64,000 nucleotides of DNA from assembly GCA_049366715.1 (NCBI GenBank), contig JBMNCQ010000059.1, positions 113,607 to 177,606 of the forward strand, in the 5' to 3' direction. How positions within the stretch are numbered: the first letter of the stretch is position 1; every line of letters starts with the position of its first letter. Positions 1-8,367 of the stretch are shown piece after piece. The translations under genes were made by a program, and so were the position numbers. Source of the stretch: Peptococcaceae bacterium. GTDB lineage: Bacteria > Bacillota > Peptococcia > Peptococcales > BICA1-8. The notes beneath the pieces are model-generated. The model saw only the letters and a program-made list of their open reading frames with translations. It had not been told where the DNA came from and searched no databases.

Positions 1-1924
1 GCCAGGAAGTAAATATTTTAGGCAGGAAAGAGGAGATGAAAATTGTATATGCCGCTACAAAGCCGGCGGGAATTACCGGGGAAAGTTTTTTAAGCTTAGA
101 GGCTAATAAGCTGCCAATTCCTCCACTTGTCAATAATACTGCAATTATGAGGCTAAAGGTTAAAGTGGGGTGACCGATAAATAGGACAAATTTTTGCAAA
201 ACAGGTATCTCGATAAGCATAAATCCTAATCCCAGCAAGCTAAAATAGTAAAAATACCCCTTATTTCCCGGAGCTGTTAGGACAGCACGGTAGGGTAGTA
301 ATGCTCTGCCTCCGATGAAAAGAATCGCTGCCAAGACAAACCATATTGTACCGGGTATTTTCTTCCCGGCAGAATTATAAAAGAAGGGCGAATTATCTGT
401 CACAATCCAATTACTCATATCTTCTTGCAGGAGAGAATCGTCCCGGTGTATAAAAGGCAGGTGAATGACTTTATGTCCGCCTAAAGCAGTTAAAGCTTTG
501 AGTTCAGTAGCCTCTTCTTGGGTAAAGGGGCTGTTTTTAACAAGCAGCAGGGGGTAGTATATACCGGAGTGGTGGTTACTGTTCTCATTGTTGGTATTCA
601 GATAAGCAATGGAATTTATCGCCTCTGCTCTTGTTAAGCCCTGTTTCTCTAAAGTACTGATGGCTGTTGCAACGGCTTTCTGCAGGTCATTTTTTCCATG
701 GAGTACAAGGGCCAGCCGGCCGGAGGGCTTTAAATGCCGGAGGTATTCCTGGAAGGCCTCCCGGGTATAGATATAATTTTCAGATAGGGCATAGCCTAGA
801 GTTTCTGAAGCCTGAGTCATTACCATTGATAAATATATAACATTATATTTCCCCTTATCCGTTGATATAAAGCTTCTTCCGTCCTTAATACGGGTTTTTG
901 TCCCTGGCAGATCATAGATGTTGCCGTTAAAGTCGGCATATTTTCGAGCTGCTTCGATAGTACCTTGATTAATTTCAACAGCGGTAATATCTGTAATACC
1001 TGCATAACGGGCTAAAAGCAAATCCATCCCCCCGCCGGGACCAATCAGAAGTGCATTGCTATTATTCCCCGGGGCAAAGGCAAGATAACCAATTTCCTGT
1101 TCCAGATAATTTAGGCTCTCTGTATCTCCATTAAAGGGCAGCATTTTAGAAACGGCACTTCCGTCAACTAGTACCAGCTTTTCTTTGCGGTCCTCGGTCT
1201 CAATTACATCTGTCCGGGCAAAGGAGTTCCATGTCGTGAACACAGATTGAGGGTTTTTTAAGGCACTAAGAGTTTTGGCTTCCCCGGAATATGCTGTGAA
1301 ATCAGCAATAATATGATCAATCCTTTGACCGGAAATAATGATTACGGCTAGGAAGGTAAATATCCCCAGGGTTTTGAGAAAAATTTTTTCTTTTGCAGTA
1401 ACAGATAAATAGGCTGTGAAGCTTAGCAGCGCTAGAATTAATACAGAAGTAAGGGGACTAAAATTGTCTAAGAGCTTGACAATTATAATGCTGCCAATCC
1501 CTGAGCCTGCCAGGTCTGCAAAGTAAATTAGCAGACTATGGGGAGAAAACTGATAAAAGGCTTCGGCTAGGAACATTCCTCCGAGCATAAATGGCAAAGA
1601 TCCTAAAAACAGATAGAGCAAAAATGCCAGTGGAAAAAAGGGCACCTTGTAAATGATTAAAGTTATGACAAAGGTGCTTAGGGAAAATAATAAGGAGCTT
1701 CTTTCCAGAATATTATCCTTTTTAAACCCATAAATTTTTTTATCTCCGGTCCTGATTTTATAGACCCAGATACCACCCAGGCCTAAAGACAGAATAGCTA
1801 TTGAAACTGCTAAGAAAACAAAATGGTAAAACATTAGAGCCGAGAACAATCTGGTCAGGGTAATTTCAAACATAAATAAAGATAAAGATATTAAAAATAT
1901 TGCCGCTAGTATTGATTTCTTCAA
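1..1924 (-). CDS. Spermidine-synthase-like (class I SAM fold) protein flanked by multi-pass membrane regions; partial, C-terminus runs off the left edge
   Basis: My minus-strand translation has a TTG start at 1924, 6 nt after GGAGGAG, then a hydrophobic N-terminus (LKKSILAAIFLISLSLFMFEITLTRLFSALMFYHFVFLAVSIAILSLGLGG). The central region reads NALLIGPGGGMDLLLARYAGITDITAVEINQGTIEAARKYADFNGNIYDLPG...VIYLSMVMTQASETLGYALSENYIYTREAFQEYLRHLKPSGRLALV. The C-terminal part is hydrophobic (LLGLGFMLIEIPVLQKFVLFIGHPTLTF). It is absent from the ORF track because no stop lies inside the window. Confidence 0.7.
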   Translation of the reverse strand, partial: MKKSILAAIFLISLSLFMFEITLTRLFSALMFYHFVFLAVSIAILSLGLGGIWVYKIRTGDKKIYGFKKDNILERSSLLFSLSTFVITLIIYKVPFFPLAFLLYLFLGSLPFMLGGMFLAEAFYQFSPHSLLIYFADLAGSGIGSIIIVKLLDNFSPLTSVLILALLSFTAYLSVTAKEKIFLKTLGIFTFLAVIIISGQRIDHIIADFTAYSGEAKTLSALKNPQSVFTTWNSFARTDVIETEDRKEKLVLVDGSAVSKMLPFNGDTESLNYLEQEIGYLAFAPGNNSNALLIGPGGGMDLLLARYAGITDITAVEINQGTIEAARKYADFNGNIYDLPGTKTRIKDGRSFISTDKGKYNVIYLSMVMTQASETLGYALSENYIYTREAFQEYLRHLKPSGRLALVLHGKNDLQKAVATAISTLEKQGLTRAEAINSIAYLNTNNENSNHHSGIYYPLLLVKNSPFTQEEATELKALTALGGHKVIHLPFIHRDDSLLQEDMSNWIVTDNSPFFYNSAGKKIPGTIWFVLAAILFIGGRALLPYRAVLTAPGNKGYFYYFSLLGLGFMLIEIPVLQKFVLFIGHPTLTFSLIIAVLLTSGGIGSLLASKLKKLSPVIPAGFVAAYTIFISSFLPKIFTSW

Positions 1925-1939
1925 TTGATGCTCCTCCTT

Positions 1940-2773
1940 TTAACCTTGAACTAAATAAAATAGTGCCAGCGAGAACATTATGACTGCAAAAACTATCATG
2001 ACTACCGGAGTAATTTTTTTAATAGATAGAGGTTCTCGATTAATGAGCTGCTGCAACCTTTGCTTTAATAGATAATGTCTCAGGGTTAAGCCGGTCATAA
2101 AGAGAATAATACTCAATAAATGGGATATGCTGAAACTGCTGAAAACGGTAGGATTATCCCTAAACAGTTCCACAAAACTTCTAATCAAGGGGAAGAACAA
2201 TAAATAACTAACTAATAATTGACCGTTATACTTAATATTAGTACGCTTTAGCCATAGGTAGCCAAAAAATAAATAATCTAAAGTAAATTCATACATTTGC
2301 GCAGGATGGAGCAGGGTATTGTTAATTTTTATTCCCCAGAAGTAAGGCTGGGACATTGGTACTCCAAAAACATCACAGCCCACTCTGCCTATAGCCTGGC
2401 CTAGAATAAGCGCCGGAACAATTGCATCAGCTGTTTGCCAAATTGCAAGACCCTTCTGCCTGGCATAAAGAAAGCCTGTTAAAGTTCCTCCTATTATCCC
2501 GCCGTGGATGGATAAACCGCCGGATATAATTGCAAAGATTTCTAAGGGATTGGCTAGGTAGTATAAAGGATTATAAAAAGCAATATAGCCGATTCTGGCC
2601 CCGATAATTCCGCCAAGGATTGAATAGAGCACTAGATTTGTTACAGGCTCTTCATCTAAATTTTTCCGGCGTGCTTCCTTTAGTGCTAAAAGATAACTGA
2701 CTAGTATTCCCACAGCAATCATAACCCCGAAAAAGTGTATGGAAAAAGGTCCCAGTGAAAAAAGTATTTTCAT
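1940..2773 (-). CDS. lgt: Prolipoprotein diacylglyceryl transferase
   Basis: 277-aa polytopic membrane protein. The N-terminus FSLGPFSIHFFGVMIAVGILVSYLLA, the HGGIIGG motif and GRVGCDVFG are typical of Lgt. Confidence 0.9.
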   Translation of the reverse strand: MKILFSLGPFSIHFFGVMIAVGILVSYLLALKEARRKNLDEEPVTNLVLYSILGGIIGARIGYIAFYNPLYYLANPLEIFAIISGGLSIHGGIIGGTLTGFLYARQKGLAIWQTADAIVPALILGQAIGRVGCDVFGVPMSQPYFWGIKINNTLLHPAQMYEFTLDYLFFGYLWLKRTNIKYNGQLLVSYLLFFPLIRSFVELFRDNPTVFSSFSISHLLSIILFMTGLTLRHYLLKQRLQQLINREPLSIKKITPVVMIVFAVIMFSLALFYLVQG

Positions 2774-2881
2774 TATTTGCCTCCTATAATTAACTTGTTT
2801 AAACCTTAACCTGGCGCAGTGAAAACAAAGCAGCGGTAGCGTGTTTTATTTTACAAGATGACAGATTCTAATAAAATATAC

Positions 2882-2961
2882 TTCACAAATTCTACATAAA
2901 GTGTTACCAATTAGGACAAATTTGACTGCAAAGTTCACAATTTGGACAAGATTATTCCGTA
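2882..2961 (+). promoter_or_regulatory. TTCACA-repeat regulatory module A, upstream of the two-CW gene; about 85 nt resemble module B at 11932-12011
   Basis: TTCACA at 2882-2887 and TACATA at 2893-2898 are 11 bp apart start to start. AAGTTCACA at 2931-2939 is followed by N17 then CCGTA at 2957-2961. The shared block AAAGTGTTnnCAATTAGGACAAnTTT also occurs in module B. Confidence 0.5.
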
Positions 2962-3155
2962 GCTTAACTCATTCACAGGTATAAATAACCTGCGAAATCA
3001 GGTCCGGTCTTTTCATGGATTAATATGAATATTTACTAGTTATTTGTCCATAAATTTATCAAATTTTGCTTAAGAATTAGACAAATCTAGCCGCTAAGAT
3101 TGGTTTAAAGCAAAATTAATTTAAGAACTGTAAAAGCAAAGGGGGAGATTATCTT

Positions 3156-3425
3156 ATGAAGAAAAATTGTTGGGAGTATAAAAAATGCGGCAGGGAATAT
3201 GATGGTGAAAAGTCTGCAGAGTATGGTGTTTGCCCGGCTTCGATAGATATGCGATTTGATGGAATGAATGATGGTAAGAATGCCGGGAGATACTGCTGGA
3301 AAGTTGCAGGAACATTTTGTGGGGGGGAGGTTCAAGGGACCTTTGCTCAAAAATTTAAAGACTGCCTAAAATGTAAGTTTTTTAAAGAGGTTGTAAACGA
3401 TGAAAAATTGTGTATTAAAATATAA
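3156..3425 (+). CDS. Stand-alone two-CW domain protein (Cys-rich, 89 aa)
   Basis: NCWEYKKCGRE ... GRYCWKVAGTFCGGEVQGTFAQKFKDCLKCKFF contains two C-W motifs plus a C-terminal CxxC. This matches my recollection of the 'two-CW domain' usually found at the N-terminus of sensor proteins. RBS GGGGGAG lies upstream. Confidence 0.65.
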   Translation: MKKNCWEYKKCGREYDGEKSAEYGVCPASIDMRFDGMNDGKNAGRYCWKVAGTFCGGEVQGTFAQKFKDCLKCKFFKEVVNDEKLCIKI

Positions 3426-3582
3426 AAAATGATTTGTTCATACCTGTTCCCCATAGTCAAAACCAAGGATTTTATCACCAGACGCAGAATTACTGCTACG
3501 GACACAATGGGATGATGAACGGTGATGGTGCCGACCTCTAGGCTTTAGCGGAACGACGGGCTGGTAGTAAACAAGGAGTAAG

Positions 3583-3599
3583 TTCACAATTTTTTCACA
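3583..3599 (+). promoter_or_regulatory. TTCACA direct repeat D, upstream of the ccm operon
   Basis: TTCACA at 3583-3588 and TTCACA at 3594-3599, exactly 11 bp start to start, followed by TTTTATCCTCA. Confidence 0.5.
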
Positions 3600-3640
3600 T
3601 TTTATCCTCAAAATCATCATTAATATTTGCTAAATTCGAT

Positions 3641-3670
3641 AAGGAACCACTATAGTGGTTCCTTATTTTT
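3641..3670 (+). terminator. Rho-independent terminator-like hairpin between the TTCACA boxes and the ccm operon
   Basis: AAGGAACCAC-TATA-GTGGTTCCTT is a perfect 10-bp stem followed by ATTTTT. Confidence 0.6.
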
Positions 3671-3711
3671 GAGATATTACTACAATTTGTAACATTTACG
3701 GAGGGGAAAGA

Positions 3712-4653
3712 ATGACTATCGGCAAAAGATTATTATTCGCATTATTGGTTGCAGCTTTACTATTTCCAGGGGTTGCTGCAGCTGAAGAAGCTATGGAAAT
3801 AAAGGATTTCTCAGTCGATATTTGGCCGGAGTATGATGATCCCGGAGTTCTTGTTATCTATCGAGGAACCTTTATTAATACAGGCAACTCTGATTTTTCC
3901 GGCTATGTTAAATTTAACATACCGGAATTTTCCATTCCTCAAGAGGGTCAAATTAGTATGGCCTGTGAAATAGTAAATGGCGGTAATCATTCCTGTCAGC
4001 CCTATAATTTAGAGGATAAGGGGGATTATGTTGAGCTGAGCTGGAAGACTACCGGAGTGATTAAGCCGGGACAGGAGTACCCGGTATTTTTAGAATTTTA
4101 TTATCTGCCTTATACCGCTGAGCCTCACAAAAGTTTTACCTATGATTTTCTGGCAAACTATGATATTCAAGCTTTAGCAGTTAATATTAAAGAACCGCTA
4201 AGAGCAGAGAAATTTAAGATTTCACCCCGGTCCCCGGTTACAAATGTAGATAGTAAAGGATTTACTGTTCATAAATTTAATGATACTGATCTAAAGGCCC
4301 AAGAAATACAAAATTATCAGGTTGAATACATAAAAAAAGACAATGAACCTTCTGTTCGGAAAGAGCAGCAGCCAAATCAAACTAAGTCTGCAAAGGGGCA
4401 GCTTGAGAAAACAAATGCCTGGAAAAACCCCGGAGTTTACATGATTATTCTAGTGTTTGTGGTTATTTTGGCCGGTTTCTTAGTTTTTGCTCTCTTCAAG
4501 AACAATAAGCAAAGAATAACTAATGAATCCCAGAGTACAAATCCGGAATTAAGCCAAGAAAAGAAAAAGCTCAGACAGATGCTGCTTAAGGGTAAAATAA
4601 CGGAGCAAACCTACCGGGAACTCATAAGGGACCTTGAGGAAGAGTACTTTTAA
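3712..4653 (+). CDS. Secreted/membrane-anchored protein of unknown function with a SHOCT-like cytoplasmic tail; first gene of the ccm operon
   Basis: Signal peptide LLFALLVAALLFPGVAAAEE, one C-terminal TM helix (GVYMIILVFVVILAGFLVFALF), and the tail KKKLRQMLLKGKITEQTYRELIRDLEEEYF. RBS GGAGGGG lies upstream. Confidence 0.6.
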   Translation: MTIGKRLLFALLVAALLFPGVAAAEEAMEIKDFSVDIWPEYDDPGVLVIYRGTFINTGNSDFSGYVKFNIPEFSIPQEGQISMACEIVNGGNHSCQPYNLEDKGDYVELSWKTTGVIKPGQEYPVFLEFYYLPYTAEPHKSFTYDFLANYDIQALAVNIKEPLRAEKFKISPRSPVTNVDSKGFTVHKFNDTDLKAQEIQNYQVEYIKKDNEPSVRKEQQPNQTKSAKGQLEKTNAWKNPGVYMIILVFVVILAGFLVFALFKNNKQRITNESQSTNPELSQEKKKLRQMLLKGKITEQTYRELIRDLEEEYF

Positions 4654-4665
4654 AGAGGTGAAAGT

Positions 4666-5073
4666 GTGGAGAAAAAAGCTCGCTTGTTACTTGCGGTTTT
4701 AATAATAATCGGTGTAATAGGCTATCTAATCTATTTTGGAATGGAGCAGGGTGTGGGGCAGGTTTTAACAATTGAAGAGGCCTTGCAAAAAAGATATGAC
4801 GGTAATATTTCCTTTATCCAAATGGAAGGTAGAGTTGATTATTCTTCAGTTGTTTATGAGCCGGATAAATCCCGTATGATCTTTAATTTAAGCAATGACA
4901 AGAGCTATATTGCTGTCGTGTTTGATGATGTCAAACCGGATAACTTTGATTCCGGCTATCCGGTTATTGTTGAAGGCAGGTTTTTAGATGATGGCAGATT
5001 TTCAGCAGATAAGCTATTAGTTAAGTGTCCCGCAAAGTATGAAGAAGAGATTAAAGCTGGAGGAGAAAGATGA
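4666..5073 (+). CDS. ccmE: Cytochrome c maturation haem chaperone CcmE, variant type with Cys in place of the haem-binding His (CxxxY)
   Basis: 135 aa with an N-terminal TM anchor and an OB-fold-like body (VVFDDVKPDNFDSGYPVIVEGRF). The C-terminal motif LLVKCPAKYEEE sits where canonical CcmE has LAKHDENY. Confidence 0.8.
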   Translation: MEKKARLLLAVLIIIGVIGYLIYFGMEQGVGQVLTIEEALQKRYDGNISFIQMEGRVDYSSVVYEPDKSRMIFNLSNDKSYIAVVFDDVKPDNFDSGYPVIVEGRFLDDGRFSADKLLVKCPAKYEEEIKAGGER

Positions 5074-7067
5074 TAGCAGATATAGGATATTTAGCAATAT
5101 TATTAAGCTTGATGCTAAGCATTTATGCCATCGTTACCATAGGGATATATTTAAAAACGCGAAGCACAAGGTTTTTGCAAAGCAGTTATGGTGCAGTCTA
5201 TGCCATGCTGCTTTTAAGTACCTTAGCAGTTACAAGTTTACTATGGCTGCTTTTTAAGGGTGAGTTTTCCGTTAAATATGTTTATGAATATACCAGCACC
5301 GATTTAGGATGGTTTTATCGATTAACAGCACTATGGGCAGGGAATGATGGGTCACTTCTCCTCTGGCTCTGGGTCTTAGTAATATATACGGCTGTCTTAA
5401 TTAAACAGGATAAAATAAAAGATGCAACTCCCATAACGGTGATAATTCTTCTTCTAAACAGCTTTTTCTTTTTATTCATCATGGCCTTTTTAACCAATCC
5501 CTTTGAAAAGCTGGTGATGACTCCCCTGGAAGGCAGAGGTCTTAATCCGATGCTGCAAAGTCCGGGGATGATTATCCACCCGCTAACTACCTATTTAGGG
5601 TATGTAGGTTTTGCGGTACCCTTTGCTTTTGCTATGGCGGCTTTAATCCTTAACCACAGTGATGATAGATGGATAAAAGTAACCAGGAGTTGGACAGTAA
5701 TTGCCTGGCTGTTTCTAACCATCGGCAACTTATATGGGGCTTTATGGGCCTATGAAGAATTAGGCTGGGGTGGTTATTGGGCCTGGGATCCGGTGGAAAA
5801 TGCTTCCTTTATGCCCTGGTTAACAGGAAGTGCCTTTTTACATTCTGTGATGATCCAAGAACGTAAAAATATGTTGAAAGTCTGGAATATAGTTTTAATT
5901 ATAGTTACTTATGTCCTTACTTTATTTGGTACATATCTTGTACGAAGCGGAATCTTACAGTCAGTTCATGCTTTTGGCAGTGCAGCCCTGGGTAAATATT
6001 TTTTAGCTTTTACTTTAGCTGTGTTGATTGCTTCTTCAGTTCTTATGCTGAGCAGAATGAAGCTATTAAAAGGTGAAAGAGAGTTTGAATCTTTTATCTC
6101 CAAAGAAAGCAGTTTTTTACTTAATAACCTTATCCTGCTGGGGATGGCCTTTGCAACCTTCTGGGGTACGGTATTCCCACTTATATCAGAGGCTGTCACA
6201 GGAAATAAGATTACCGTTTCAATCCCCTTTTTTAATACCGTGAATGCACCTTTAGGTATTGTTCTGGTCCTTTTAATGGGAATTTGCCCCCTTATTGCGT
6301 GGCGCAGGGCAAATTTCAAGAGCATTATTGAAAATTTTACAATTCCCGGTATTTTATCTGTAGTTTTGGGGGTTGTCTTATATGCTGCCGGTATTCGAAA
6401 AATTTATATACTATTAGGACTTATCGTAACATTTTTCGCCTTTGCAGCAACTATCTGGGATGTAATCAAAGGGGTTAAAACCCGCAAAAAAATTACCGGT
6501 GAGAGTTATAGTGCTTCTTTTATAAGGCTTTTACTGAGAAATAGAAGAAGGTATGGCGGCTATATCATTCATCTGGGAATATTAATGATCGTATTCGGCA
6601 TCATAGGCTCCCAGGGATTTGAGGTTGTAAAGCAGGCCACTGTTGAAGTTGGCGAAAGCATACAAATAGGCACCTATAACATAAATTATCAGGATTTACA
6701 ACAAACAAAGGATGGTAAGAATGTAGTTGTTTATGCACAACTACAGGTAAGTAAGAAAAAAATATATTTAGGAGAAATGATGCCTCATAAGGTTTTCTAT
6801 CCAACCCAAAAACAGCCTGCAACGGAGGTGGCCATTCTTAGTAACTGGAGGGAGGATTTATATATAATACTAGCCGGCTGGGAATTAGACGGAACGGCTA
6901 CTTTTAAAATACTGATAAATCCCTTGGTTAAATGGATTTGGACCGGAGGATACTATCTTGTTATGGGAACATTATTTGCCTTATGGCCCGGGAGGGGTAG
7001 TGAGGTTGGAGGTAAGTATGTTAAATACCAAGTCAACTCTGAAGAGGTTGAAAAAAATGCAATATAA
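5070..7067 (+). CDS. ccmF: Cytochrome c-type biogenesis protein CcmF (haem lyase / WWD family)
   Basis: 665-aa polytopic protein with the WWD signature WGGYWAWDPVENASFMPWL. Its start overlaps the ccmE stop (ATGA). Confidence 0.9.
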   Translation: MIADIGYLAILLSLMLSIYAIVTIGIYLKTRSTRFLQSSYGAVYAMLLLSTLAVTSLLWLLFKGEFSVKYVYEYTSTDLGWFYRLTALWAGNDGSLLLWLWVLVIYTAVLIKQDKIKDATPITVIILLLNSFFFLFIMAFLTNPFEKLVMTPLEGRGLNPMLQSPGMIIHPLTTYLGYVGFAVPFAFAMAALILNHSDDRWIKVTRSWTVIAWLFLTIGNLYGALWAYEELGWGGYWAWDPVENASFMPWLTGSAFLHSVMIQERKNMLKVWNIVLIIVTYVLTLFGTYLVRSGILQSVHAFGSAALGKYFLAFTLAVLIASSVLMLSRMKLLKGEREFESFISKESSFLLNNLILLGMAFATFWGTVFPLISEAVTGNKITVSIPFFNTVNAPLGIVLVLLMGICPLIAWRRANFKSIIENFTIPGILSVVLGVVLYAAGIRKIYILLGLIVTFFAFAATIWDVIKGVKTRKKITGESYSASFIRLLLRNRRRYGGYIIHLGILMIVFGIIGSQGFEVVKQATVEVGESIQIGTYNINYQDLQQTKDGKNVVVYAQLQVSKKKIYLGEMMPHKVFYPTQKQPATEVAILSNWREDLYIILAGWELDGTATFKILINPLVKWIWTGGYYLVMGTLFALWPGRGSEVGGKYVKYQVNSEEVEKNAI

Positions 7068-7560
7068 AAAAAGGATTGTTCATGCCGGATTAGTATTATT
7101 TTTATTTTTTTCTTTTGCAGCAGTTCCTCTTACTTCAGCGGAAATTTCAGTTATGCAAAAAGAAACCGAAGAAATGCTGGTTTGTCAGGATGACTGCGGG
7201 ATGCTGGTATCAGCCTGTGACAATCCTACAGCAACCTACATGAGGGGGATAATCACTGAGCAGATCGGCCAAGGCAAGTCCCGGGAAGAGATTCTCCAAT
7301 ACTTTGTTTCTGTCTATGGAGAACAGGTTCTTGCTACCCCAGAACCGCAAGGGTTTAATATGACCGCTTATGTTATTCCTTTTGCAGCTATACTTATGGG
7401 AGGTATCGTAATTTATTCAGCTCTAGAAAAATGGGTTTTGCATAACCGCTTATCTAATTTTGACCTCCTGACTGCTGCTAAAGGGGAAAAAGCTGATGAA
7501 CAGGTTTTTCAAAAAGAGTATGAAGAAAAGCTGGAGCGGGAGCTGAAAAAATATTGGTAA
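7057..7560 (+). CDS. ccmH: CcmH/NrfF-like thiol-disulfide protein with an atypical CX3C (CQDDC) motif
   Basis: I moved the start to ATG 7057 (in frame with track ORF 6958; GAAGAGG upstream; 11-nt overlap with ccmF). Signal/TM segment, then LVCQDDCGMLVSACDNPTATYMRGIITEQIGQGKSREEILQYFVSVYGEQVLATPEP. This parallels E. coli CcmH LRCPKCQNNSIADSNSMIATDLRQKVYELMQEGKSKKEIVDYMVARYG. A C-terminal TM helix follows. Confidence 0.7.
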   Translation: MQYKKRIVHAGLVLFLFFSFAAVPLTSAEISVMQKETEEMLVCQDDCGMLVSACDNPTATYMRGIITEQIGQGKSREEILQYFVSVYGEQVLATPEPQGFNMTAYVIPFAAILMGGIVIYSALEKWVLHNRLSNFDLLTAAKGEKADEQVFQKEYEEKLERELKKYW

Positions 7561-7640
7561 AGATTAAGAAACAGAGTAGCAAATATCTGTGGGTAAGCTC
7601 AAGAGCTATACAGAAATGTCCGCGTTACCGTGATATCGAT

Positions 7641-7820
7641 AAGGCTGAGGTTAAGATTGAGACTAAGATTAAGGTCAAGGTTGAGGCTGAAAAGAGAGTG
7701 GAATAGCGGACCTATAATACAGAGAACAGAGAACCAAAATAACCGAGAACTGGTATCTGAGAACTAAGAACTATAATCTAGCAACTAGGAGCTGCTACCA
7801 GTCACTAATCACCAGTAACT
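7641..7820. repeat. Low-complexity periodic DNA inside the 277-bp ccmH-like/next-gene spacer
   Basis: 7641-7706 has 12-nt periodicity (AAGGCTGAGGTT AAGATTGAGACT AAGATTAAGGTC AAGGTTGAGGCT). 7721-7820 has four GAGAAC copies plus AAGAAC, AGCAAC and AGTAAC variants. Confidence 0.5.
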
Positions 7821-7837
7821 ATTTTGGGGGGATAAAA

Positions 7838-8110
7838 GTGGATAACTTTCTTTTTTCGCTAATCTTTGGAATCATAATGTTGGTCTCTTTGCTATTAATA
7901 GTCCTGCCGCTAGTAGCGGCAGGAAAGATAGAGGGAGATTATTGTGGAGGACTTCAAATAAATAGTAAAGACTCGGTATTTACGACAATAAATGAAATAG
8001 AATTTGACTATCAAATGGGTAAATTAGCTGAAGATGATTACTTATATCTGAAAGATTATTACAAAAAGATAGCCATTGGTTTTTTGCAAAAAAAGATGAA
8101 TAAGAGTTAA
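7838..8110 (+). CDS. Small single-TM protein with a SHOCT-like C-terminal segment; last gene of the ccm cluster
   Basis: GTG start after GGGGGG. TM helix FLFSLIFGIIMLVSLLLIVLPLVAAG, then EFDYQMGKLAEDDYLYLKDYYKKIAI. Confidence 0.5.
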   Translation: MDNFLFSLIFGIIMLVSLLLIVLPLVAAGKIEGDYCGGLQINSKDSVFTTINEIEFDYQMGKLAEDDYLYLKDYYKKIAIGFLQKKMNKS

Positions 8111-8164
8111 TTAGTGAAGAAATATGTTCAAAACCCTAGAAGAAATAGAGTCGGAATTAATAAA

Positions 8165-8201
8165 TCTGCAACTTGATAAGTAGTTGCAGACTGTTGTTTT
8201 T
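8165..8201 (+). terminator. Rho-independent terminator of the ccm operon
   Basis: TCTGCAACT-loop-AGTTGCAGA (9-bp stem) followed by CTGTTGTTTTT. Confidence 0.7.
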
Positions 8202-8367
8202 AAAATAAGGGTATAAAGGTCGGTTGCAAATGTGATGAAATAATAAATAATTTATCACAAAACGTTCATAGCTTGTAGGAACTTTATACACACCTCTCTA
8301 ACACTTTTTATATTTTTAAACCTTATAATACAGTTAACATAACAAAAAGATTAGGGAGGATGCCAAA

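Noticed and set aside
3438-3620. 60-aa minus-strand ORF with an HHHRSSSH tract
   Set aside because: It has no RBS and lies across the TTCACA boxes and promoter-like region. I treated the region as non-coding, although the 215-nt stretch itself remains unexplained.
5039-5257. 72-aa ORF overlapping the ccmE end and ccmF start
   Set aside because: It is an alternative frame of two genes with clear family signatures, and it has no independent RBS.
6958-7056. Upstream extension of the ccmH-like ORF
   Set aside because: It overlaps the ccmF C-terminus by 110 nt. An in-frame ATG at 7057 with an RBS gives a normal signal peptide.
8124-8183. 19-aa mini-ORF (MFKTLEEIESELINLQLDK) after the 7838 gene
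   Set aside because: It is too short to support. Its 3' half forms the left arm of the operon terminator hairpin.
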